A stretch of 64,000 nt of DNA from an uncultured Candidatus Pelagibacter sp. (GTDB lineage Bacteria; Pseudomonadota; Alphaproteobacteria; Paracaedibacterales; CAIOTO01): NCBI GenBank assembly GCA_964415115.1, contig CAYPYB010000001.1:75228-139227 (forward strand), written 5' to 3'. The translations under genes were made by a program, and so were the position numbers. Shown piece by piece: positions 19,313 through 27,963 of this stretch. The first letter of the stretch is position 1. Each line of letters begins with the position of its first letter. Under the pieces are notes generated by a model. That model did no database searches and had not been told where the DNA came from. It saw only the letters and a list, made by a program, of their open reading frames with translations.

Positions 19313-19830
19313 GACTTTACACCACTGTATTCTAGATGACGTAATGAAAAATGCTCCAACATATGATCAGAAAGAAACTGCTTTTCTTCTCTATTAATTT
19401 TAAAAAGCAAAGTATCTATTTTTTGATCACAGACGTCTTTTAAAGAAATGTTTTTCAAAAATGTTAAGACCAAACTATCAAGATTACGCCACAAACGATG
19501 TGTCAGACAATGAGACCCATGTTTTACACATGGAAAATTAGAAGAAGAAACAGAGCATCGCGTTGAAGGCTGAATACTTTCCATACTTTCTATAATATCA
19601 AGGATGCAAATTTCAGATGTATCACGACTTAACGCATAACCACCATTAGAGCCTCTGATACTTTTCACAATGTCATTTCGTCTTAATTTTAAAAAAATTT
19701 GCTCTAAATAAGGCAAAGGAAGATTTTGTTTTTCTGCAATAGCACTTAATGAAACAGGCTGATCAGATTCGTTTGATGCAATATCAACAAGCGCAATAAT
19801 AGCATATTTAGATTTTGTACCCAGTTTCAT
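19309..19830 (-). CDS. iscR: Rrf2-family transcriptional regulator (IscR-like)
   Basis: It has an N-terminal Rrf2 HTH (MKLGTKSKYAIIALVDIA) and candidate cluster ligands (RCSVSSSNFPCVKHGSHCLTH). It is the first gene of the isc operon and overlaps the next gene by 4 nt. Confidence 0.75.
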   Translation of the reverse strand: MKLGTKSKYAIIALVDIASNESDQPVSLSAIAEKQNLPLPYLEQIFLKLRRNDIVKSIRGSNGGYALSRDTSEICILDIIESMESIQPSTRCSVSSSNFPCVKHGSHCLTHRLWRNLDSLVLTFLKNISLKDVCDQKIDTLLFKINREEKQFLSDHMLEHFSLRHLEYSGVKS

Positions 19831-19848
19831 TCAAAATAATATTTTTAC

Positions 19849-19879
19849 AATCCTTATTACGGATTAGAATAACAAATCC
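19849..19879 (-). promoter_or_regulatory. interlocked inverted repeats AATCC-N7-GGATT-N9-AATCC upstream of iscR (candidate operator)
   Basis: Read directly. It lies 19-49 nt upstream of the iscR ATG. Rrf2 regulators commonly autoregulate through palindromic sites. No match to a defined IscR consensus is claimed. Confidence 0.25.
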
Positions 19880-19940
19880 GACCAAAACAGTCAACTTCTT
19901 ATTCAGACAATCTCTTCATAAGCCTTACGTGAAGCTACTA

Positions 19941-20915
19941 CTAAGATCGCTCTATAAAGACATCCAGCATCTGTCCCACAATAGGTAATATTTTTTGATC
20001 TTTGTTGGGCTCAATCTTATAGACAAGATCAACTATTCGAGTATCCACTTTTTCAGCATTATTACCACTTAATTGTCTCTTAGACGAAGCGTAAGGCTCA
20101 TATCTAACAAACTCTAAAGCATAAGATATTTTTGAATTCCCTCTCAAATAGGCATGCGCTTTCGCCCCTATTTTGTACATCCACATATCATTTTCATCAA
20201 TTTGAATGCGCACATGCAAAGGATTATGACTGCCCATAATTAAATTTTCACCTTGCATCGATTCATTAATGTATTCACCTTTTCTAATGTAGGTCTTTAA
20301 AATAATTCCATCTACAGGTGCTTTAACTGTGTGTTTATCCAGCAAGATTTTAGATAAATTTAATTTATTCACAGCCTGATCCAATTTACTTTTATGAAGA
20401 TTTAAATCGGCTAGTGCTGTATTAAAGTCTGATTCAGATTTCTTAAGATCTATTTCACTTTTAATACCCTTGTTCAACTTCTTATCTCGCTTATGAATTT
20501 CAAAAGCATATTGATAATAAGCATCAAAAGATTGAACTGAAAACTCTAATTCTTTAATGCTATTTTCATCTAATTTGACTTGCTCTAGTTGCTGCCTTCG
20601 ATCCAAAACAAACAAAGGCTGATCTTTTTTGACCTCATCACCTTCTTTAACTAAAATATCAGCGATGATGCCTGAAATAAAAGACCCAACATTAATATTG
20701 CGAGAACTGCATTCAACAATCCCTAATCCTGAAATCCATGATTGATAAGGGGATGATGAGGGAATATTCATTTGATGATAAGGAATATCTGCTAACCGAC
20801 CTCTGTTAAAACTAAAAACTAACGCTAGGAAAATCCCACAAGAAGCAACTAAAAAAATAGGTTTTTTTAATAAGAATTGCACTATTTCATTTTTCATAAA
20901 ATCTTTTAAATTCAT
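19941..20915 (-). CDS. HlyD/DevB-type periplasmic adaptor of a tripartite ABC exporter
   Basis: It has an N-terminal TM segment, a lipoyl-like hairpin (VKEGDEVKKDQPLFVLD ... VKAPVDGIILK) and a coiled-coil middle. It overlaps the ATPase gene by 4 nt. Confidence 0.7.
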   Translation of the reverse strand: MNLKDFMKNEIVQFLLKKPIFLVASCGIFLALVFSFNRGRLADIPYHQMNIPSSSPYQSWISGLGIVECSSRNINVGSFISGIIADILVKEGDEVKKDQPLFVLDRRQQLEQVKLDENSIKELEFSVQSFDAYYQYAFEIHKRDKKLNKGIKSEIDLKKSESDFNTALADLNLHKSKLDQAVNKLNLSKILLDKHTVKAPVDGIILKTYIRKGEYINESMQGENLIMGSHNPLHVRIQIDENDMWMYKIGAKAHAYLRGNSKISYALEFVRYEPYASSKRQLSGNNAEKVDTRIVDLVYKIEPNKDQKILPIVGQMLDVFIERS

Positions 20916-21607
20916 GATTTTCCTCTTTTTTCTTGCTTTAAAATCGTACCATCATTCATATAGGCAATGCGATCAGCATAATCGTATATACGTGAATCGT
21001 GCGTCACAATGACAAAAGTCGTTTTCGCTTTCTGGTTAATTACTTTCATTAAATCCATTATTTTTTGACCAGTATCCAAATCCAGAGCACTGGTAGGTTC
21101 GTCACAAATGACAAGACTAGGATTGTGAATTAAAGACCTTGCAATTGCAATACGCTGCTGCTGCCCACCCGATAATTGATTAATAGAAGACCATGCTTTG
21201 TCTTTCAACCCAACATCTTCAAGCATTTTTAATACTTTTTCTTGAGCTTCATCCGGACTAACATTTTGAATGATTAATGGAATCATAATATTTTCCATCA
21301 CATTTAAAGTAGGAATTAAATTAAATGACTGAAAAATAAACCCAACGTGCTTTGCTCTAAAAGATAGTATTTTTTCAGTCGATACAGTATTTAAATCTAA
21401 TCCTTGAACCCGACATATACCAGAATCTAGATGCATGATTCCGGCTAAAATAGAAATTAATGTTGTTTTACCGCAACCAGATGGCCCCACTAACATCAAC
21501 ATTTCACTTTGATAAATATCAAGATTAATATCGCGAAGAGCAACGACCTCTGATGAAAAAGTTTTAAATGTTTTGCCTAGATTTTGACATTCTGCAATCT
21601 TATTCAT
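20912..21607 (-). CDS. ABC transporter ATP-binding protein (MacB/DevA/LolD-like)
   Basis: It has Walker A GPSGCGKTT, the signature LSGGQQQR and Walker B LVICDEPTSALD. Confidence 0.85.
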   Translation of the reverse strand: MNKIAECQNLGKTFKTFSSEVVALRDINLDIYQSEMLMLVGPSGCGKTTLISILAGIMHLDSGICRVQGLDLNTVSTEKILSFRAKHVGFIFQSFNLIPTLNVMENIMIPLIIQNVSPDEAQEKVLKMLEDVGLKDKAWSSINQLSGGQQQRIAIARSLIHNPSLVICDEPTSALDLDTGQKIMDLMKVINQKAKTTFVIVTHDSRIYDYADRIAYMNDGTILKQEKRGKS

Positions 21608-21609
21608 GA

Positions 21610-22764
21610 TCAGCTCCTGAACACAATTGCAGGATCAACGCCAATAACTCTTTTAATACCTAAATAAGCAGACAAGCAAATAATAAAGAAGACACCTAAA
21701 AATGAATAAAGCAAAAGAATGGGTGGCATTCGAAAGGCTAAAACGGAATCATGAAATTTCATTCCAAATAAACTGGCCAACCCTACACCAATGCCATAAC
21801 CAATAATACCAACAGTAATGGCTTGTATAATAACCATAAAAGACAAATTACGATTTTGAAGACCCATGGCTTTTAAAACAGCATAATATTTTGTATTTTC
21901 ATGAACAAAATTAAAAAAAGTTTGCCCAACTACAGCTATTCCAACCAAAAAACCTAAAGCAACAGAGATCCCAAAATTAATAGGAATTCCTGTACTTTTC
22001 ATCCAATAATTTAAATTAACCTGGGCAAATTCTTCAGATGAATAGGCTTTCAAATCTGTTCGTTGCTGAATCGCGTTACATACATCGGGAAGATATGCAT
22101 CGGGCTTTAGTTTAACCAAAACATAGGTTAAATATTTAGACGTTGGCGGCGCATAGCTAACAGCTCTGGAATATAAAGTATAAGCTTGCGGTTGAAGGAC
22201 AAAATTACGTGTAGATTTTACATAACCAACAACAATTGCTCTTTTATCGTTAATTTCAATAACATCGCCTATCAACAACGGCCTGGTTTCTGTTTCAGAA
22301 ATTTTAATGCGTAACCTACTATACGCAGCCTCTTTGTCTACAAAAATAGCATCCGATCTTTTAAAGTCTTCTAAAGATCCTTCTATTAAATACGGCGGTG
22401 CCCCTATTAAAGTTCCATCATCTAATCCCGTCAAATCAAGAGTTTTACTTGATCCATCAGGTAAACGGGCTTTGGTTAAATTTTTATACATAGGCACCGC
22501 CCATGCAACACCTGGAATACTTTTAATGCGCATCAATTCAATATCGCGCATGGGTTTTGATTCTTCAACAAATTGAACGCCCTTATCCATTACCCAAATA
22601 TCAGGTAAAGAAACATCACGCACAAAACTGTAGGTACGAGAAAGCAGCCCTACCAAAATCGATGGTTGTTGCGTCATAATTAGTGAAGCAAAAGCAATAC
22701 CAACAATCATGCTGACTAGTTTACTTTTATCGCCAAAAAGCATTTTCAAAGCTATAAGATGCAA
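21610..22764 (-). CDS. ABC transporter permease, FtsX/DevC-like
   Basis: It has an N-terminal TM segment (LVSMIVGIAFASLIM), a large periplasmic loop and three C-terminal TM segments. The track start is a TTG, and an ATG lies 21 nt downstream. Confidence 0.75.
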   Translation of the reverse strand: MHLIALKMLFGDKSKLVSMIVGIAFASLIMTQQPSILVGLLSRTYSFVRDVSLPDIWVMDKGVQFVEESKPMRDIELMRIKSIPGVAWAVPMYKNLTKARLPDGSSKTLDLTGLDDGTLIGAPPYLIEGSLEDFKRSDAIFVDKEAAYSRLRIKISETETRPLLIGDVIEINDKRAIVVGYVKSTRNFVLQPQAYTLYSRAVSYAPPTSKYLTYVLVKLKPDAYLPDVCNAIQQRTDLKAYSSEEFAQVNLNYWMKSTGIPINFGISVALGFLVGIAVVGQTFFNFVHENTKYYAVLKAMGLQNRNLSFMVIIQAITVGIIGYGIGVGLASLFGMKFHDSVLAFRMPPILLLYSFLGVFFIICLSAYLGIKRVIGVDPAIVFRS

Positions 22765-24107
22765 AAATTAAACCGAAATGCACAAATCCTTCTCTATCTT
22801 AAATCATTTTATTTAAACTTTATAAAAATATTTTTTTATGATAAATTCTTTACATTTAAGACTTACATTTTCAAAAAATCGATCACCATAAAAATTAAAA
22901 AATTACTTCTCACATTACTATTTTTAATAACCAATCTTATTACAGCCTCTGCTTCAATCAGAGAATCTTTACCAACGATCGACAAACCTTTAGCTTTTGT
23001 GCAGTTAGCATCTGTTTTACCCACACAACCAACTGAAGATCTTAACCGCAGTTTAACACAGATTCAATCAACACCTAACTTACTAGCATCTTTCACTTAT
23101 CTAAAGATGCTGACGTTTACAGATAATACCAAACGAAACAACACAGAAACATTTAGACACTATAAGAATATGTAACAATATTTTTCTAATTCCAAAATTC
23201 CACCCATTGAACATGCTAATGATTTTTTTAGTAAGCTTAACGAATTTGAAACAGCAACAAATTATCTTCTTTAAGCGCGTCAACTTCTTCTTGGAAAAAA
23301 TCTATTTAGCACCAATAGATCGGAATCAAAAAAAGCTGACGCTTTTCTGTTCAACGACGTAATTAAGCCTTATTTTGACTACCTTTCCATAAAATCTTTA
23401 AATCCTTCCTTATCAGAACAAAAGCTCTGGCTGCATTTCGCGCATCTAAACGATCGTGAATATAGAAATGAAGCTCAATTTAAAATAGTACAATCTATGG
23501 CTAATACTATTGTTCAGTCTATACATTCTTTAAAGCATTTTTCAGATGTAGAATTATTTACAAAAATTCAAAATATTATCAGAGTGAAAGATAAAATAAC
23601 AGCAGACATTATCCCATCAGATGAATTAAAAATCTATATCAAAGTAGTAGAACAAGTAACAAGTTTCATTCCTTTCCAAAATTATTCATCTATCGCCACC
23701 CGATGACATTGCTGAATGGAATTTTATTTCTGAACAATATCGTTGCAAAAATAAATAGCATAAATCATTCAACACAAGATGAAGAAACAATGTATTTGGT
23801 TTCACAAAGACAAAAACTAGCTGGTTTGCAAGATACATAGGCAACAAACACTCTTTCTTTCTACATTCGTGAAGCAACAAAATTGCAACACTCCGAGTAT
23901 ATTACCTGCAGTAATATAGCTAAATATGACATGGATAAACTTCAACCCTTATTATCCACTGCTGCAAATCAATATCACCTAGACAACGGTACTGATCTCA
24001 ACCAGATGTTTCATAACATTTCAAGATATACAAATTCAAAGCATACTGTTCAACTTATATTCTCTCTTATTCAAGATATGCTCGAGCGACACAGAAGGAA
24101 TATCTAA
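22759..24107 (+). pseudogene. decayed gene for a signal-peptide protein (3 in-frame stops plus 1 frameshift)
   Basis: Frame 1 is open from 22759 to 23706 except for TAA at 23173-23175 and TAA at 23272-23274. Reading then continues in frame 0, which is open from 23625 to 24107 except for TAG at 23838-23840. The early part contains a signal-like KKLLLTLLFLITNLITASA. Confidence 0.5.
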
Positions 24108-24200
24108 ATCTTTTATTATCCAAGAAACAAGTTTTTATTTTGTTTTTCACAAAAAGTTATTTTACGCTTAACCATGATATTTTAAAACACTAGGAACAAC

Positions 24201-24914
24201 ATGAAGAAAAATAGAGCTTTATCAAATTTAATTAAGACTGGATTCATTATTTTTTTGTCATTGAATGTCGCAAATTCAACTACGACTGATGAAAAAGAAA
24301 AACCACACATGACAAAAAAAGATGGTACAAAGCCTAACAGAAAAGAGAAAAAAAAACATACTCACGCTGAAAGATTAGAACATTTCAAACTGAACGATCT
24401 TAAGAAATTACAAAAAAAACACGATATCATTTTAGCATCTATAAAAAAGAGTGACACAGCGACAGAATTAAAAGATCTCTATAAAACAAAACTAGAAGTT
24501 GTTGCTAAATTTATAACTTTAGCAAATGACTCAACAGAACCAGCATTATTATCTAAACTAAGAAAATTAAAAACTGCCATGTTTCAAGACTTGTACGCCG
24601 TTGAAAACAAATTAGATTTTACAAAATATGTTTCCTATATAGAGTCAAAATTTACAAAACAAAAGAAAAAATATGATGATCATCAAGCACATTACTCTGA
24701 AGATTCAAAAAAAATATTTTCTTTTCTTTTAGATAATGTCGAAAAAATATTAACGACTGCAAAAAAAATATCTGAACCAACAGAAAATGTTTCAAAAGAA
24801 TCAAACGAAGAAAGAGGCATCTTGCTGCTAAATCAAGCAGATGAGCTTATAAAAGAATCTTATAATCTTCCATGCTCTGATTGTAAAAAATCAAGAATGA
24901 AGTCTAAAAAATAA
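24201..24914 (+). CDS. hypothetical lysine-rich exported protein
   Basis: It has a signal-like N-terminus (MKKNRALSNLIKTGFIIFLSLNVANS) and a K/E-rich helical-looking body. I recognise no family motif. Confidence 0.6.
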   Translation: MKKNRALSNLIKTGFIIFLSLNVANSTTTDEKEKPHMTKKDGTKPNRKEKKKHTHAERLEHFKLNDLKKLQKKHDIILASIKKSDTATELKDLYKTKLEVVAKFITLANDSTEPALLSKLRKLKTAMFQDLYAVENKLDFTKYVSYIESKFTKQKKKYDDHQAHYSEDSKKIFSFLLDNVEKILTTAKKISEPTENVSKESNEERGILLLNQADELIKESYNLPCSDCKKSRMKSKK

Positions 24915-24919
24915 TATTA

Positions 24920-24961
24920 AAGAAGACCAAATTTTGCTATACTGTGAACTTTGGTCTTCTT
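24920..24961 (+). terminator. intrinsic-terminator-like hairpin, perfect 12-bp stem AAGAAGACCAAA / TTTGGTCTTCTT
   Basis: Read directly. It starts 6 nt after the stop of 24201..24914, has an 18-nt loop, and its 3' arm ends in CTTCTT. It ends 12 nt before the lpxI ATG. Confidence 0.5.
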
Positions 24962-24973
24962 ACATTTAAATAA

Positions 24974-25807
24974 ATGATTGCTTTACTTTCTGGTTCTAAA
25001 AATCTTCCTGTTCAACTCCATGATTACTTTATTCAAGAAAAAGTATCTCATTGCTGTGTTTTATTCGAAAATCATTTAAATGAACCTTTAATCCAAAAAT
25101 TAGAAACAAACAATACTCCATATATCATTAATCAAATTGGTCAACTTCGACCTTTCTTTAAATTTTTAAAACAGCACAATGCGAAGAAGCTGATTTTCGC
25201 AGGTTCCATAGATCGAAAAAAAATAAATCCTCTTCATTTTGATACTTTAGGTTTAAAATGGCTTTTTAAAATAGGAAGTGCCTTTTTTAAAGGGGACGAC
25301 AATTTACTGCAGACACTTATAAAGTTACTGCAAAAAGAACAATTTAACATTATGCCCGTTAGCCATTACTTGAAAGATCTGTTTATTGACGTTGGTAACC
25401 ATGCTTCTTTCAAAATATCTTCAGAAACCATACCTAATGTTCAATATGGTTTCGATTTGCTGAACACACTGTCTCCTTTTGATGTAGGGCAAGCTGTCAT
25501 CATAGACCGAGGAAAAGTTATAGGTATTGAAGGACCAGAAGGAACAGAGCAACTCATACAACGTTGTAAAGATCTTTTAACACCAGATTCCAAAGCCATT
25601 CTGATTAAAACATCCAAAAAAAATCAGTCTCACTTAATTGACCTTCCAACCATTGGCCCTGAAACTTTTGCACAAGCCCATCAGTGCATGATAACCGGCA
25701 TTGCTATTGAAGCATTAAAAGTGCAAGTTCTTGATCTACGCCAATGTGTCGAAATAGCCAATCAAAACAACATGTTTTTTTATTCTATGAATAACCAAGA
25801 AAGATAA
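24974..25807 (+). CDS. lpxI: UDP-2,3-diacylglucosamine pyrophosphatase (DUF1009 family)
   Basis: LpxI-type blocks are present: DVGQAVIIDRGKVIGIEGPEGTEQLIQRC ... LIKTSKKNQSHLIDLPTIGPETF ... GIAIEA. Length is 277 aa. Confidence 0.7.
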   Translation: MIALLSGSKNLPVQLHDYFIQEKVSHCCVLFENHLNEPLIQKLETNNTPYIINQIGQLRPFFKFLKQHNAKKLIFAGSIDRKKINPLHFDTLGLKWLFKIGSAFFKGDDNLLQTLIKLLQKEQFNIMPVSHYLKDLFIDVGNHASFKISSETIPNVQYGFDLLNTLSPFDVGQAVIIDRGKVIGIEGPEGTEQLIQRCKDLLTPDSKAILIKTSKKNQSHLIDLPTIGPETFAQAHQCMITGIAIEALKVQVLDLRQCVEIANQNNMFFYSMNNQER

Positions 25808-25810
25808 ATT

Positions 25811-27109
25811 ATGAAAAATCCAGCTCGTTATGAAACCGTCGTTGAATTATTGGAATTAATGCTAGATTCCTTGCATATGCCAGTCGATAAAATCATCCAT
25901 TACTATATGAAAGAAAGAACATATATAGGTGCAAAAGATCGCAGATTTATCGTTGATACTTTCTATAAAATTCTGCGACACAGCAACAAAATTTTACGAT
26001 TAGCTCCTAATTCTCCTCGGCTCATTTTGGCCCATTATTTAATACATTTTGAAAACTTTGAATTAAAAGATTTAGATACCATTTTTACTGGCGAAGAATA
26101 TGAACTGGATTATTTAAGACCTGCTGAAAAAAAGAAATTATCAAATGAAGTTGTATTTGATGAATATGAAATGCTAAATCTTCCGAAACGATTGGTTGAA
26201 TTTTTAAAAGAAGACGGCATTATATCGGATATAGAATCGTTTTCTGAATCATTACTAGATGAAGCCCCCCTCACTTTAAGAGTTAATAAAACTAAATCAA
26301 ATGTGGAAGAAATTACAGCTCAACTGGAAGCCCTTCAAATACCATGCTCCATAGGCTCTCATTCTGACCATGCTATCATTTGTTCAAAACGTTTTAATTT
26401 GCAAGAAACTTCATTTCTCAAACAAGGACATGTTGAAGTACAAGATGAAGGTTCTCAGCTTATGTCTTTGTTTTGCAATGTCACAGAACCTATGAAAGTG
26501 CTCGATTTTTGTGCAGGAGGTGGCGGAAAAACTTTGCATTTAGCTGATCTGATGAATCATAAAGGTCAAATTTTTGCACATGATATTCACACCAAAAGAT
26601 TGCAGCAACTTAAAAAACGTGCTGCTCGTGCAGAAATATTTAATCTTCAATTTATAGAAGACGCAAACGAAAGATTTCAGTCTAGGTATCAAAACTATTT
26701 TGATTGTGTTTTGGTTGATGCACCATGTTCTGGCACAGGAACTTGGAGAAGAAATCCAGATATGCGCGTCAAATTCGATAAGGTTAATATCGATGAACTA
26801 GCCCAATTGCAACTTGATATTTTGCAACAAGCCAGTATATTTGTAAAACCTAAAGGGTCTCTTGTGTATGTAACATGCTCTATCTTGAAACAAGAAAATC
26901 AATCTGTAATAAAAAAATTTTTAAAGAATCTTGATCCAGACATTATGCAATTTGAAATCAATGATTCTTTTCATCAAAAAAGCACAGCTGATTTATGGAA
27001 AAAACTAAAAGCTGAGTCGCAATCTGAAGATTCCGTAGGTTTAAATTTATTTCCACATATCCATAAAACCGATGGTTTTTATCTCTGCAGATTAAAACGA
27101 ACCGTTTAA
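25811..27109 (+). CDS. rsmB: 16S rRNA (cytosine-C5)-methyltransferase, RsmB/Sun family
   Basis: It has an N-terminal NusB-like region, a SAM motif VLDFCAGGGGKT, catalytic DAPCSGTGTWRRNPD and a second Cys in VYVTCS. Confidence 0.8.
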   Translation: MKNPARYETVVELLELMLDSLHMPVDKIIHYYMKERTYIGAKDRRFIVDTFYKILRHSNKILRLAPNSPRLILAHYLIHFENFELKDLDTIFTGEEYELDYLRPAEKKKLSNEVVFDEYEMLNLPKRLVEFLKEDGIISDIESFSESLLDEAPLTLRVNKTKSNVEEITAQLEALQIPCSIGSHSDHAIICSKRFNLQETSFLKQGHVEVQDEGSQLMSLFCNVTEPMKVLDFCAGGGGKTLHLADLMNHKGQIFAHDIHTKRLQQLKKRAARAEIFNLQFIEDANERFQSRYQNYFDCVLVDAPCSGTGTWRRNPDMRVKFDKVNIDELAQLQLDILQQASIFVKPKGSLVYVTCSILKQENQSVIKKFLKNLDPDIMQFEINDSFHQKSTADLWKKLKAESQSEDSVGLNLFPHIHKTDGFYLCRLKRTV

Positions 27110-27255
27110 CTGTGAGCACCCATTTAAAAATATGAAATGCTTAACATAAAAATTCTATTCAATTTATATCTCTTTGAGGGATACAATAGAAATGATCTCT
27201 CAAAGATTAAACAGCTTAAATCATATAAATTTAGTTTTTTAAAAATAGTAAAAGA

Positions 27256-27963
27256 ATGACGAAAAAAATACACATAGGTCCATCACTACTTGCTGCTAAT
27301 CCACTCAATTTGGAATACGCGCTTAATTGCATACATGAAACGGATGCAGATTATTTGCATTGTGATGTCATGGATGGCCTGTACGTTCCTAATTTTGGTT
27401 TATCCTTAAACTCAATTGAAAAAATACGTGACTACAGTTCTTTGCCTATAGATGTTCATTTTATGACGAAGAATATGGATTTACCTTTCTCTTGGTCTAT
27501 TAATTTTAAACCTAACTCTGTTACCTTTCATCCAGAAACAGTGATGCATGTGCATCGTCATGTGGAATGTTTAAAGTCCAAAGGCATTCGTGTTGGGTTA
27601 GCATTTAACCCATCAACATCCCTTCAAATTCTTGACGAGATTCATGACATTTTAGACTACGTGTTAGTCATGGGAGTTAACCCTGGATTTTGTGGACAAC
27701 AATTTATCCCTTCAGCCTGTACAAAAATCAGACGAATTAAACAAAATTTTCCAGCACTTCCTATTCAAGTTGATGGAGGGATTAGTTTAAAAACAATACA
27801 ACCTTGTTTTGCATCTGGCGCTACATCTTTTGTTTGCGGATCATCTTTATTTTCAAATGTATTTCATGAAAATAGTACATCAAAATCTCTTGAAAAAAAT
27901 ATTGAATTTTTAAAATCTCAACTACATGTATTACGCCAATCTACAGAAATCCCACAAAAGTGA
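27256..27963 (+). CDS. rpe: ribulose-phosphate 3-epimerase
   Basis: Motifs read: IGPSLLAAN, LHCDVMDGLYVPNFG, VLVMGVNPGFCGQQF and QVDGGI. Confidence 0.85.
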   Translation: MTKKIHIGPSLLAANPLNLEYALNCIHETDADYLHCDVMDGLYVPNFGLSLNSIEKIRDYSSLPIDVHFMTKNMDLPFSWSINFKPNSVTFHPETVMHVHRHVECLKSKGIRVGLAFNPSTSLQILDEIHDILDYVLVMGVNPGFCGQQFIPSACTKIRRIKQNFPALPIQVDGGISLKTIQPCFASGATSFVCGSSLFSNVFHENSTSKSLEKNIEFLKSQLHVLRQSTEIPQK

